DNA of 64,000 bases from Octopus vulgaris (taxonomy: Eukaryota), in NCBI GenBank assembly GCA_951406725.2, contig OX597822.1, positions 94,922,001 to 94,986,000 on the forward strand. Direction: 5' to 3'. Below the pieces are notes generated by a model. That model saw only the letters and a list, made by a program, of their open reading frames with translations, ran no database searches and was not told the DNA's origin. A program made the position numbers and the translations under genes. Shown piece after piece: positions 27,319 through 39,834 of this stretch; the stretch's first letter is position 1, and each line of letters begins with the position of its first letter.

Positions 27319-27643
27319 CGTTTGCGTATCTGTAGGTGAATGTGTGTTTGACAGACAGGAGGGTGCATTTGTGTGTGTACGTATGACCAGGCTATCAGAT
27401 GTTGCTACACATCGCTGGTCACAATGCGCTTCGCATTGTTTTAGCCTTCAAATGACGCCACCCCGCTGGCTAAGCGAGCAGACCAACAGAAGAAAGAGTG
27501 AGAGAGAGAGAGTTGCGGCGAAAGAGTACAGCAGGGATCGCCACCCCCACCCCCTGCCGGAGCCTCGTGGAGCTTTTGGTGTTTTCGGTCAATAAACACA
27601 ACGCCCGCGAGTCCGCTACCCTAACCACTGGGCCATTGTGCCT

Positions 27644-27695
<52 letters not shown>

Positions 27696-27925
27696 TTAAG
27701 TAGATGAATGAATTAACCTAGTATGGATAATTCGGTTAATCGATACATGGGTAGCAAATTCGCGTCAGTAAAACACGGTTGAAGTTACATGCCAAGGACG
27801 GAACCCCGTGTTCGTGTGTGGAAATTTGTGTGTTTTTTTATATGAATAAATGAAAAGAATGGAGTCGAACGAAGATTTTAACAAAATTCCTTTACTTTCG
27901 ACATATGTTTCGAAGACTGCATACT

Positions 27926-27988
<63 letters not shown>

Positions 27989-28338
27989 GTATATGCACCC
28001 CTAAGCATACCTAACTCATATGTATATTCAAGTTTTGCGGCGAATGCGAATATGTTTACGGACTATGTTTTTGCGTTTGTGTTTTTATTTGTATAAATGT
28101 CTATATATCTACGCGGGGATGATGTCGACTACGTATTTATACGTATGTGTGTGTGTGTATTTGCAGATATATATGCATATGCGGGGTTTTTGTATATCCG
28201 CATATGTATGTGCATGTGCGTATAGAATTGCGTACATGAACACACTAATGTGTGCATGGACACATATAAGTGTGTGTGTGTGCGTGTATGCATGTATTTA
28301 TGTATGTTTATATGTGTATAGATATATATGTGTGTATG

Positions 28339-28388
<50 letters not shown>

Positions 28389-28504
28389 CGTACGTCTATG
28401 TATATGTGTGTATATGCGGATTCTCTGAACTAAGTTTTACTTTCTCTACGCCTATTAGAGTAACTTCCCTTTATTCAACGTTTTTTTTTTTTTTCATTGC
28501 GTTT

Positions 28505-28579
28505 TTGTTTTAATAACTGATGAGATATCGGAGCAGGCTTCAGCTCCGACATCCGAAACTCTGAGTTTTATTATGACAA
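28505..28579 (+). ncRNA. Type I hammerhead ribozyme motif
   Basis: Stem I TAATAA/TTATTA (extendable). CTGATGA at 28517-28523; stem II GATATCGGAGC/GCTCCGACATC; GAAAC at 28555; short palindromic stem III AAACTC-T-GAGTTT. Predicted GUU cleavage after 28567. Confidence 0.75.
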
Positions 28580-28598
28580 CTAACTGATTGTCCTATAC

Positions 28599-28646
<48 letters not shown>

Positions 28647-28878
28647 AAGAAATGGAGTCAACTGCAGGTGTTATTCAAATCATTTTTACTTCATATATCT
28701 ATTTCCACGCTTTTAAACTTTATTCCCACTCATCTATCACACTATATTTTCCCATTCTTAATTTTCTGTTAATTTCTGTCTTTCTCCTCCTTCTCTTCCT
28801 CTAAATAGCCTTTGACGTTAAATCTATTAACGGTTTAAAAAAAACTTGCTAGTGTTCCCCTTCTATTATTATTATTAT

Positions 28879-29251
28879 GGATCTTTTCCTTTTGAATGGC
28901 ACATGTCAACACAATTTCTAGTTAACTAAACACTTTAAAACTTCGTATACTGGTAGAATGTGTCAAAATAAAACATTTTTTTCTCTTGGCTTTCTTGAGA
29001 AAATTGTAATTCGTTTGTTTAACGTAGTTTAATTTTTCGAATTTTAACCAATCAATTGGCCTCTAATTGAGCTAAAATCATTTGCTGCGTCTAAAACTTA
29101 GACAACATCCTGTCACTAACCCTAACCCTCACCCTAACCCTAAATTTTTTTTTTTAATTGTTAAATTAAATTAATTGTTACGCGTGTAAAAAAAAACGAA
29201 AGCAATGGAAAATAATTGTGTTGACATGTGCCATTCAAAAGGAAAAGATCC
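28879..29251. mobile_element. MITE related to the GGATCTTTTC family, with internal CCCTAA repeats
   Basis: 38-bp inverted ends GGATCTTTTCCTTTTGAATGGCACATGTCAACACAATT; interior homologous to 30925-31347. Confidence 0.8.
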
Positions 29252-29704
29252 ATAATAATAATAGAAGAAGGGGAACACTAGCAATCGAACTCGGAATCTT
29301 CGGGTTAGTAGCCCGCGCTCTTAACCACTAAGCCATATGCTCGTGGGCCCACGAGCATATGGCGTAGAGGTTAAGAGTGCGGGCTGAAACAAGTAAAAGA
29401 ATCAAGGAATGAAGGAATACCAATCCAGGGTGTGAGATCGGTGGAACTGAAATACGTCGGACTGGTTACTTTGCGATATTCGTTTCTGTTCTTCGTGTTC
29501 GAATCCCACTATGCCCTACTTGGATGGAAGGCTTACTCTATCGCCCGGTTCAACTCCACATTGTGACATCACTGGTGTTTTTAGAAGAACCCGCTCTGCT
29601 GCAAGCATTCTGCAAGCATTCTGGACACGTCTCGGATTTGTGGATACTTTCCACTCTCCGAGTTGTCTCGGAGGCTCTATAACGGGTCATGGATACTACA
29701 TTCC

Positions 29705-29759
29705 GGCGAACCTTCGTTATATGTACCGGTGTAAGTACCGGATACATATCAAAAAAGTG

Positions 29760-29807
<48 letters not shown>

Positions 29808-29891
29808 GGGGTTAGGGGTGGGAGAAAAAGGTTTCTGTTATCTTCAGAAATGTAAACAAAGTCACGTGTGTACATATACCGAAGCATCGCC
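29705..29891. mobile_element. hAT-type MITE, ~187 bp
   Basis: ~22-bp imperfect TIRs GGCGA(A/T)(C/G)CTTCG(T/G)TATATGTAC and a perfect 8-bp TSD TACATTCC. Confidence 0.9.
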
Positions 29892-29933
29892 TACATTCCC
29901 TCTCTCGGCTGAAATAAAAATTAAAAAATTAAA

Positions 29934-30337
29934 CAGGAGTGGCTGTGTGGTAAGTAGCTTGTTTACCAACCACATGGTTCCGGGTTCATTCCCACTGCGT
30001 GGCACCTTGGGCAAGTGACTTCTACTATAGCCTCGGGCCGACCAAAGCCTTGTGAGTGGATTTGGTAGACGGAAACTGAAAGAAGCCCGTCGTATATATG
30101 TATATATATATGTGTGTGTGTGTGAGTTTGTATGTCTGTGTTTGTCTTCCCAACATCGCTTGACAACCGATGCTGGTGTGTTTAGGTCCCCGTAACTTAG
30201 CGGTTCGGCAAAACAGACCGATAGAATAAGTACTAGGCTTACAAAGAATAAGTCCCGGGGTCGATTTGCTCGACTAAAGGCGGTGCTCCAGCATGGCCGC
30301 AGTCAAATGACTGAAACAAGGAAAAAGATTAAAAGAA
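29934..30337 (+). mobile_element. SINE family A (GGCGCAGGAGTGGCTGTGTGG head); other copies ~19858-20191(-), 25648-25797(-), 37997-38405(-), 43286-43693, 55708-55850(-), 58578-58964, 59761-60352, 61479-61871(-)
   Basis: Dispersed ~400-bp repeat with a tRNA-like head, an internal (TA)/(TG) tract and an AGTAAAAG tail. Confidence 0.85.
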
Positions 30338-30924
30338 AGTTTAGAAGCTTTCAGTTTTGCAAAAGCCAATTTTACCAGGGAACTTGAAATGCTGGGCACC
30401 GCACCGCTAATAATCCATCAGTGGTAGATGGTAACATTGTTTCTAGGTTGTTAATACAGCTTCCTGTTATTGTTGTTGCTAAGGTATGATACTACTAAGG
30501 TATGATACTACTTCCTGTAATCATATGACAAACAGCTTTTTGTTGTCATCAAGCTCTAAAGCACTTAAACGTCAACAGTTATTCCTAATTAACTTTACTA
30601 ATATCTTACCTGATCCACCCAATCTCTCAGCAACACCATAGAACACTGTATTTATTGTAATGTCTATCTGACTGTGAAACACTCAACAATGAAGAAAAAA
30701 ACCTTATGCTACTACATCAAACAGATCGATACTCACAATAAAGAATCGGCTGGTTAATCGATAGCTGAAGTATTTAAATACATTTCAACGGATGCTGGTA
30801 ACTTATTCACTAATTACTATATAAACTTACACATTATTTGGTTAATATAGGGTTTATTTAATGCATAATGCGTTTATTTAATGCATTCTGGATTGAAAAA
30901 TATTTATCCGTTTCATATAATTTC

Positions 30925-31347
30925 GGATCTTTACGGTTTGAACGGCAGTTTTTAACATAATTTCTAGGTAACTAAAAAAATTTTAAACTTCGTATACTGG
31001 TAGAATGTGTTTATAAAACATCTTTTTCTCTTGGCTTTATTGAGAAAATTCTATGGTTTGTAAGATATTTGTAGTTTTTTTTTTCCTTCAATTTCTGCAA
31101 TTTCAACCAATCACTGACGTCTATTGCGGTAAAAAAAAAATTCTGTGCCGTATGAATATGTCCCTCGTTTAAGAAACAGATTGGGTTTATTTACATTTGT
31201 GAAGAAAAAAAGATACCCTTCCCCCCACCCCTAACCCTAACCCTAAAATAGATTGAAATGCAATAGATCGATTCTAGGGTCATAATTATGGGTGACAATT
31301 TCATATGACACTGCTAGAAAAAACTGCCGGTCAAACCGAAAAGATTC
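30925..31347 (+). mobile_element. hAT-type MITE with internal telomeric repeats; copies 47713-48124(-), 60945-61349(+), partial ~62275-62497(-)
   Basis: TIR consensus GGATCTTTTCGGTTTGAACGGCAGTTTTT. The three full copies have 8-bp TSDs ATAATTTC, GATATAAT and AGATATTG. Confidence 0.93.
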
Positions 31348-31697
31348 ATAATTTCAAATTTAAGCAATGTTGTTTATTGATGACATTATGACTAATGTTT
31401 ATAACTCCTTAGGTTCGGTTTGTGAGGAGAAAATTAATTATCAGTATGTGTTTCTTACTGTAGTTCCTTCCAGTTCGACACTTTGACCACAGGATATATA
31501 GGGAAAACGAGGTGCCCTTTCGGAATATTTAAACTGTCAATTTCTACGGTGTTAAAAAATTTTCTTGATTGGAAAACGAATGGCAGAGAAATTCGTTAAT
31601 ATAGATTATTGTTCATGAAACACCTTAACTTGTTCCCTTTAAATCACTATCATTAGCACCATAAGGAATAAAGTTATGTGGTATTATTTAATATATC

Positions 31698-31770
<73 letters not shown>

Positions 31771-32079
31771 AGTAATTAAGGGTTTAGCAACGATTTGCCT
31801 CACCACACACCGAATTTAGAAATAGCAGTCAAAGAGTTATGGCTATTCTTTCTACTTAAAAGGGAGATCCCAGTAAAACCACAGCAGTAGAAAGAATAGC
31901 CATAACTCTTTGACTGCTATTTCTAAATTCGGTGTGTGGTGAGGCAAATCGTTGCTAAACCCTTAATTACTTAGTATTACTTAAACCTTCCTTGAATGGG
32001 GCTTTTACATGCAGAAATCTACTTGGTGAAATTAATGATTATTCCAAATTAATTAATTTCACCCTATATTATTATTGAT
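31771..32079 (+). mobile_element. Fold-back element in microsatellite, same family as 2186-2378
   Basis: ~86-bp perfect inverted arms, ~29-bp loop and ~108-bp tail. Confidence 0.8.
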
Positions 32080-32107
32080 ATATATATATATATATATATA
32101 TGTATAA

Positions 32108-32171
<64 letters not shown>

Positions 32172-32349
32172 TACAAAATTAGAGAATGGAGAAACATACT
32201 TAAATCAATAAAACATCAACTATCCGATGATACCCAATCAATACTTTAATACACCATTACATATGAGTAAAGGCATTATACAAAATGAGATATACAGTAA
32301 TAGTAAAAAGATAAAGAGATATAAGTAAAAAATTTCAAATATAATATGC

Positions 32350-32483
32350 AATTAAATCAAAACTGACAGCTGTTTCGGCAGTGAGGGCAGTCATACCTCA
32401 TTTAACCTCTAAGCCATAAAGGCAGGTATAAATGAGGCATTAACAAGGATGCCCCACGGCCTCTTCAGAGAATTAAATTAAAT
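32350..32483 (-). ncRNA. Type I hammerhead ribozyme, inverted copy
   Basis: Reverse complement of 34311-34444. Confidence 0.75.
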
Positions 32484-32826
32484 TTGTTATAATTGTGAAA
32501 AATATTATATAACCATATACATATAAATATAAAAATATAAAAATGTAAAATATAAAAACTTATACATCATAATGCTACACTTATATAATATAATACTCAT
32601 TGGTACAATAAAGGAAGGTAAACAGAACAAAATAAAACAAAATATATATCAGTGTATATATTAATATTAATAAGTACCGATATTATACATATTTGGCTAA
32701 TAGTTTTTTTTTAAAAAAACTAACACATAGGGAGATGAAAAATAATAATTAAAACCATGGTTCAGTTCATAAAATTCTAAAGCTATGAAAGTTAATAAAA
32801 ATTACTATTAATATTAATAATAATAA

Positions 32827-32857
<31 letters not shown>

Positions 32858-33937
32858 AATAGATACAGTTAAGTTTGCACCTAAATTATCCTTCCATACA
32901 TATTTACTTTCAACAATATAACATTATATTTATTTTTTATTTTATTGTAATGTTATCAATCTCTGCATTTAGTCTTCTAATTATTTATTTATTTGCCTAT
33001 TTAAGTGTAGATGTTTACATACATATCAAGTCATCTAATTTGTTATCTATTTATTTTTTACTTATTTACTTATACTAGGGTAGTTTTATACATACATATC
33101 TATCATTTATTTTTATTTAATTTTAATAATATATGAATACATATATACTGGTTTGTACTTATAATATGTGTATAACCGTATTTATTCCTTCGTATTTATT
33201 CCTTCTTATTTATCTTATCACATTTTATCTTAAGTATTTATAATATAAATTTTTAAAAATTTATGTGATGTTCTCATAAGCGTTTACATTAGTACTTCCC
33301 CTTCTATTTTTTAATGCCTAAACTGGTATATTATGGCATTAAATTCATTAAGTAAATAAGTGATTTATTTATAATATATAAATTAATATATATTTTATAT
33401 TTTATAATTTAGCGTACTTGGAATCATAACAAACTTACGATAAATCTAACAACCGTATGTTTACTATGCAACAAACCGGTGTTATAAATTTTAAGTTACC
33501 CATGAAATAATTATCTGACTTAGTAACATACTGATATTTAAAAATATATTTATATCTAAATTAAATATTTTATGAAATGCATGGATGGTTCTTTTTCGTT
33601 ATTTGAGGCACAGTTATAATTTTGAAGGACTAAATGGTAGCATAGTTGCTTCCCTTTTTGTTTAATTATGTGCTAGTTGTTGCTTGTGATTATGTATGTG
33701 TATAAGTGTATGTATATACATATAACTATGTGTGTATGTGCGATTGATCTGTAGATGCGTGTGTGAATATTGGCGTTCCTTGACTAACCAACCGTATAAT
33801 TTTCTTTTGTGATTTAAATTTCAAACCAATAGCCAATCGAATTAATCTAAATTTTCTTTACCTAGTGGTCAGCATTTCTAAACTCATAGTTATTTCGATC
33901 TTGAAAGGATGGACTTGGTGCAAACTTAACTGTATCT

Positions 33938-33968
<31 letters not shown>

Positions 33969-34310
33969 TTATTATTATTAATATTAATAGTAATTTTTAT
34001 TAACTTTCATAGCTTTAGAATTTTATGAACTGAACCATGGTTTTAATTATTATTTTTCATCTCACTATGTGTTAGTTTTTTTAAAAAAAACTATTAGCCA
34101 AATATGTATAATATCGGTACTTATTAATATTAATATATACACTGATATATATTTTGTTTTATTTTGTTCTGTTTACCTTCCTTTATTGTACCAATGAGTA
34201 TTATATTATATAAGTGTAGCATTATGATGTATAAGTTTTTATATTTTACATTTTTATATTTTTATATTTATATGTATATGGTTATATAATATTTTTCACA
34301 ATTATAACAA

Positions 34311-34444
34311 ATTTAATTTAATTCTCTGAAGAGGCCGTGGGGCATCCTTGTTAATGCCTCATTTATACCTGCCTTTATGGCTTAGAGGTTAAATGAGGTA
34401 TGACTGCCCTCACTGCCGAAACAGCTGTCAGTTTTGATTTAATT
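34311..34444 (+). ncRNA. Type I hammerhead ribozyme with 85-nt stem II domain
   Basis: CTGAAGA at 34326-34332; stem II closed by GGC/GCC and containing GTGGGGCA/TGCCCTCAC and ATGCCTCATTTA/TAAATGAGGTAT helices; GAAAC-AGCT-GTC at 34418-34429. Stem I is weak and interrupted. Confidence 0.78.
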
Positions 34445-34796
34445 GCATATTATATTTGAAATTTTTTACTTATATCTCTTTATCTTTTTACTATTACTGT
34501 ATATCTCATTTTGTATAATGCCTTTACTCATATGTAATGGTGTATTAAAGTATTGATTGGGTATCATCGGATAGTTGATGTTTTATTGATTTAAGTATGT
34601 TTCTCCATTCTCTAATTTTGTAGTATTAATTTACGGTAATATTATTACCTTTACCCATATAATACAATAGATGAACTGATTGTTTGACAATTTTTAACAT
34701 CTATGTATTAATCTTGTTGGGTACCTATCTGGCAGTATATTGGATATATATTATCCCATGGTGGGTTGAATTTTCAACCCCTATCTCATTTTATAA

Positions 34797-34878
<82 letters not shown>

Positions 34879-34890
34879 CATATATATATA

Positions 34891-35264
34891 TATCAAAATA
34901 AAAACATGATGCAAAGGATTTAGTGGTACATATGTTTCTGGCTTTTATTAGACAGTTTATATCAATGCATAATTGGGCTATTGACATACAAATTACATCA
35001 ATTATGCATTGATATAAACCGTCTAATAAAAGCCAGAAACATATGTACCACTAAATCCTTTGCATCATGTTTTTATTTTGATAAATATATTCTATCACCT
35101 ACACCACTAAATGGCATATACAGGTGCTTACAATTATCAAGTATTCACCCTGAATTTTTTGTACATGTATATAATCTTAATTATATTTAATTTATATAAA
35201 TTTTTTTATGTATTGGATTAAGTCTTTCTTTGTTTGATTTGCATAATAGTGGTTTTGTCTCTAA

Positions 35265-35272
<8 letters not shown>
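34891..35272 (+). mobile_element. 5'-truncated fold-back Penelope-like element, same family as 10730-11430
   Basis: Arms 34891-34975 / 34999-35083 plus tail. Hammerhead 3' half GAAAC-ATAT-GTA at 35036-35047. Confidence 0.8.
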
Positions 35273-35321
<49 letters not shown>

Positions 35322-35743
35322 TATATGTATAAGTATATATATATATATGTATAAGTATATATAAGTGTATATATATATATATATATATGATATCTGTTAT
35401 CTGTCTTACACCATTATTTTTTTCGTTGCTTTTCAGTTCTGTTTGTTCCTTTACAACTTGTACTAGAAGAATGCCGATTCCAACAAAAAATCTGCCACCA
35501 GTCATTTATAGATGTTCTGTGTGTTTTATCTCACATAATATCTAATTAAGCATATTCACATTCATCAATGTAGAAACAGAAATCTTTGGAGAGGATCATG
35601 TCAACAACAAGCATATTAGTTGTAAGCAGAAAATATTGTCTACACTACATATTATCTGCTCATGTAAACGGAATCCCATGATAGCCAAAATGAGAAATTG
35701 AATCATGCTACAAACATCTTTTGACTTAAAAAGAATTCCTTAA

Positions 35744-35964
35744 CCCTTTAGTGTTTAAACTGGCCAAATCCAGCCCAATATATTCTACATGTTTTATATT
35801 CAAACTGGCCATATCTAGCCTCTCACACCTAACCTACAGTGACATTCTAAAAATAAACAATCACATCATTGAAACCTCAAAGCTATAAGATAATGCATGA
35901 TTAATTCAAAACAATTTGAGTGAAAAAGTATTACATTTAACAGAGTAATCTGAACATTAAAGGG
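35744..35964. mobile_element. piggyBac-type MITE; related copies ~39635-39822, 42564-43737 (with nested SINEs), ~52286-52501
   Basis: TTAA|CCCTTTAG...TAAAGGG|TTAA. Confidence 0.85.
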
Positions 35965-35976
35965 TTAAAAATTAAT

Positions 35977-37035
35977 ATGGGGGACACTTCTGACACAGCT
36001 ATATATACTAATATAGATTCAGTTACACGGACATATGAGATTCAGAAATCTTTAGGTAAGGAAGCATTTACTAAACAAAGATCATTGCACAAAAATATTA
36101 TTGAATATCGGTGTGAGATTTGTAGGAAAATATTCTCTTCAAAACATGAAGTTTTAACACACAAAGATACACACAAGAAGAAGAAGAAGAAGAGGAAAAT
36201 ATTTCATTGTGAAATATGCGGAAAAAATTTCATTAATAACAGTAATTTAACAGCACATAGAAGAGTCCATACTGGAGAAAAACCGTTTCGTTGTGAGATC
36301 TGTGGGAAAAGATTTTGTGATAATTCTAGTCTTGTTGTTCACAACAGAATCCATACTGGAGAGAAACCTTATCCCTGTGAAATTTGTGAGAGATCTTTTA
36401 TCTCTAACAGTAAGTTAACGACGCATAGGCGTATCCATACTGGGGAGAAACCTTATCGTTGTGATGTGTGCGGAAAGGCCTTTGCGATAAACAGTGTCTT
36501 GACAACACATCGAAGAGTTCATACAGGGGAGAAACCATTTCGTTGTGAGATATGTGGTAAATCTTTCTCTGCTAATTCTCATCTTGTAGTACATAGACGT
36601 TGTCACACCGGAGAAAGGCCATATCACTGTGAAATTTGCGAAAAAGCATTCGTTTCTAACATTAATTTGGCAACACATACAAAAAGAGTGCATACTGGGG
36701 AAAAACCCTATCATTGTGAGATATGTGGGAAGTGTTTTGTCAGTAATAGCGATTTGAAAAGGCACAGAAGGGTACATACGGGGGAGAAACCATACCCTTG
36801 TGAAATCTGTGGCAAGACATTTTCTCTAAATTCTCATCTTGTTATCCATGTACGTAGCCACACGGGAGAGAAACCATTCCAATGTGAAATCTGTGGCAAA
36901 GCTTTCTCTTTAAATTCAAATCTTGTTATTCACATACGTAGTCACACTGGAGAGAGACCCTATCGCTGTGAGATCTGTGGCAAAGCATTCGGTCAGAATT
37001 CCTCCCTTATAGTACATAAACAAATACACACATGA
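35977..37035 (+). CDS. C2H2 zinc-finger protein, 11 fingers, 352 aa, single coding exon
   Basis: Uninterrupted ORF of CxxC-x12-Hx3-4H repeats with TGEKP linkers. Confidence 0.93.
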   Translation: MGDTSDTAIYTNIDSVTRTYEIQKSLGKEAFTKQRSLHKNIIEYRCEICRKIFSSKHEVLTHKDTHKKKKKKRKIFHCEICGKNFINNSNLTAHRRVHTGEKPFRCEICGKRFCDNSSLVVHNRIHTGEKPYPCEICERSFISNSKLTTHRRIHTGEKPYRCDVCGKAFAINSVLTTHRRVHTGEKPFRCEICGKSFSANSHLVVHRRCHTGERPYHCEICEKAFVSNINLATHTKRVHTGEKPYHCEICGKCFVSNSDLKRHRRVHTGEKPYPCEICGKTFSLNSHLVIHVRSHTGEKPFQCEICGKAFSLNSNLVIHIRSHTGERPYRCEICGKAFGQNSSLIVHKQIHT

Positions 37036-37040
37036 ACAAA

Positions 37041-38463
37041 ACTTTTCAAACTCCACCCGTCTAACACCCGTGAACATATTTACAAAGTCAGAAAACAGCA
37101 CAGCTCCCATGACTTTCGTAAACATTTTTTCATGCTGAGAGTTGCTGAAGCATGGAAGAAACTGCCAGCATCAGTTATTAGTTGTCGGAGCACTGCATCC
37201 TTCAAAACTTCCATGTTTCCTGAGATTGTTAGCCAGTAAGGCATATTCTGAATGCCTTACTTCCCTGGGCGTGGACACATTGAAACTCCGACGTCTGGCA
37301 GCTGACTTGGCAGACACCCATAAAATTATTAACCATCTTACAAACAATAACTCTGAGCACCTTTTCAAACTCCACCCGTGGGCATATTTACAAAGTCAGA
37401 AAACAGCACAGCTCCCATGACTTTCGGAAACATTTTTTCACGCTGAGAGTTGCTGAAGCAGGGAACAAACTGCCAGCATCAGTTGTTAGTTGTCGGAGCA
37501 CTGCATCCTTCAAAACTTCCATGGTTCCTGACATTGTTAGCCAGTAAGGCATATTCTGAATGCCTTACTTCCCTGGGCATGGACACATTAAAACTCCGAC
37601 GTCTGGCAGCTGACTTGGCAGACACCCAAAAAATTATTAACCATCTTACAAACAATAACTCTGAGCACCTTTTCAAACTCCACCCGTCTAACACCCGTGG
37701 ACATATTTACAAAGTCAGAAAACAGCACAGCTCCCATGACTTTAGGAAACATTTTTTCTTGCTGAGAGTAGCTGAAGCATGGAACAAACTGCCAGCATCA
37801 GTTGTTAGTTGTCGGAGCACTGCATCCTTCAAAACTTCCATGCTTCCTGAGATTCGCCAACACTACACCTTATTTTCTTGCCTCCATACACACGCAAGCA
37901 TGTATCTGACTCATACATTGTTCGCTTTCCAGACATTTGTACATTACTGCATATACTTTATACGCACCTTTGACAAGTTGTGGTGCACCTGAGCACTCTC
38001 TCTTTTCTCTTTTACTCTTTTACTTGTTTCAGTCATTTGACTGCGGCCATGCTGGAGCACCGCCTTTAGTCGAGCAAATTGACCCTGGGACTTATTCTTT
38101 GTAAGCCCAGTACTTATTCTATCGGTCTCTTTTGCCGAACCGCTAAGTGACGGTGACGTAAACACACCAGCATCAGTTGTCAAGCAATGCTAGGGGGACA
38201 CACAAACACACACACACATACATATATATATATACATATATACGACAGGCTTCTTTCAGTTTCCGTCTACCAAATCCACTCACAAGGCATTGGTCGGCCC
38301 GGGGCTATAGCAGAAGACACTTGCCCAAGATGCCACGCAGTGGGACTGAACCCGGAACCATGTGGTTGGTTAGCAAGCTACTTACCACACAGCCACTCCT
38401 GCGCCTATACAACAATTTCATTATTATTATTATTTCATTATTATTATCATTATTATTATTATT
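37041..38463 (+). mobile_element. CR1-like LINE 3' end, internally tandem-duplicated (~300-bp units), with a SINE nested before its (ATT)n tail; second remnant ~42290-42500
   Basis: LKLRRLAADL..KI....TRGH.YK......RKHFF..RV..AWN.LP C-terminal signature, present in about three partial tandem copies. Confidence 0.85.
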
Positions 38464-39140
38464 AAAAAATTACCATTATGGGATGGATATGGGTCTTGGG
38501 ATTATAAAGCTGCAAATTTAGATACACTTAGAAGGCACATTGCTTAGTGGTTAGGTTGTTTGGCTCTTGAGTTTGATATGTGGCAGCACATCGTGTCTTT
38601 GAGGAAGACCCTTTATTTCATGGTGCTCCAATCCATTCAGCTGGCAAAAATGAATTGCGCCTGTGATTCAAAGGGCCAGCCTTGTCACATTTGGTGTCAT
38701 GCTGAACCGCCCTGAGAATTATGTTAAGGGTACACGTGTCTGTGGAGTGCTCAGCCACTTGCATTTTAATTTCACAAGCAGGCTGTTCTACTGATTGGAT
38801 CAATCTTTGTCGATATGACCGATGGGGTACCAGTTAGATACACTGAAGAAAATCTCTGTTCTGTGAAACATATGACAAATCTTATGTGAACAATAGTAAT
38901 TTAAATATCACGTGATCACGTGACCGGCCAGACCATCAGATGTTGTTACACATCGCTGGTCACAATGCGTTCGCATTGTTTTAGCCTTCAAATGACACCC
39001 CCACACCCACCCACCCCCGCTGGCTAAGCGAGCAGGCCAACAAAAGAAAGAGTGGTGAAAGAGTACAGCAGGGATCACCACCCCCTGCTGGAGCCTCGTG
39101 GAGTTTTTAAGGTGTTTTCGCTCAATAAACACTCACAAAA

Positions 39141-39514
39141 TGTTTATATAAAACTGAAGTTGTGTGTCTGTCTCCTACGATTTAGATTCCTAACTACTCC
39201 CACATTTTGCGGTGCAGTTTAACCAAAACCGGGTATCTTATAGTCGTGATTCATATCGAGCCCTTCTGGGTATTAGTGCGCGTCTACGATTTTAAAAAAA
39301 ATTACCGTCATTTTTTTCCATTTTAATGCATTTCTTTCGCTATTATATAAGGGAAGTAACTCTCTAAAAATGTCTACAATGAGTCAATGATTTAGAAAAA
39401 AATTTACCATCATTTTTTTTCCATTTTTAATGCATTTTTTGGCTATAACTCTCTAAAAATGCTTATATAGTTATTTTCCTTACAAACCTGAGCAACGCCG
39501 GGCGATACTGCTAG
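39141..39514 (+). mobile_element. Non-autonomous Helitron, same family as 4568-5073; further copies 41747-42116 and 51461-51856
   Basis: Shared body, 3' hairpin and CTAG|T end. Confidence 0.85.
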
Positions 39515-39834
39515 TTTAAATATAAACAAATGAATACACACTGGAGGAAAAGTACATCACTTCATTTTGGAAAATCATTTATCACTAACAGTCTCTTGAA
39601 AAGACAGCAAGCAAACACGGGAGGGAAATTTCTTAATTCGTTAGCATTTAAACCAGTCATATATGATTCAAATATTATATTTGTTTTATGTTCAAACTAG
39701 CCATATTCAGTCTCTCACACCTACCCTACAATGATATACTAAAAAAAGTAAACAAGCACATCATCGAAATCTCAACACAAGAAGATAATGCATGAGCAAT
39801 TCAAAACAGTTTGGAAGGATTAAATGTGAACACC

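Larger units (their letters stand above)
32168..34799 (+). mobile_element. ORF-less Penelope-like element with ~710-bp inverted repeats, each containing a hammerhead
   Basis: 32168-32881 is the near-perfect reverse complement of 33917-34625, with a ~1035-bp spacer and ~175-bp 3' tail. Both ends lie in (TA)n. Confidence 0.8.

Noticed and set aside
37142-37992. ORFs as continuation exons of the zinc-finger gene
   Set aside because: They are CR1-like LINE 3' end sequence in tandem copies.
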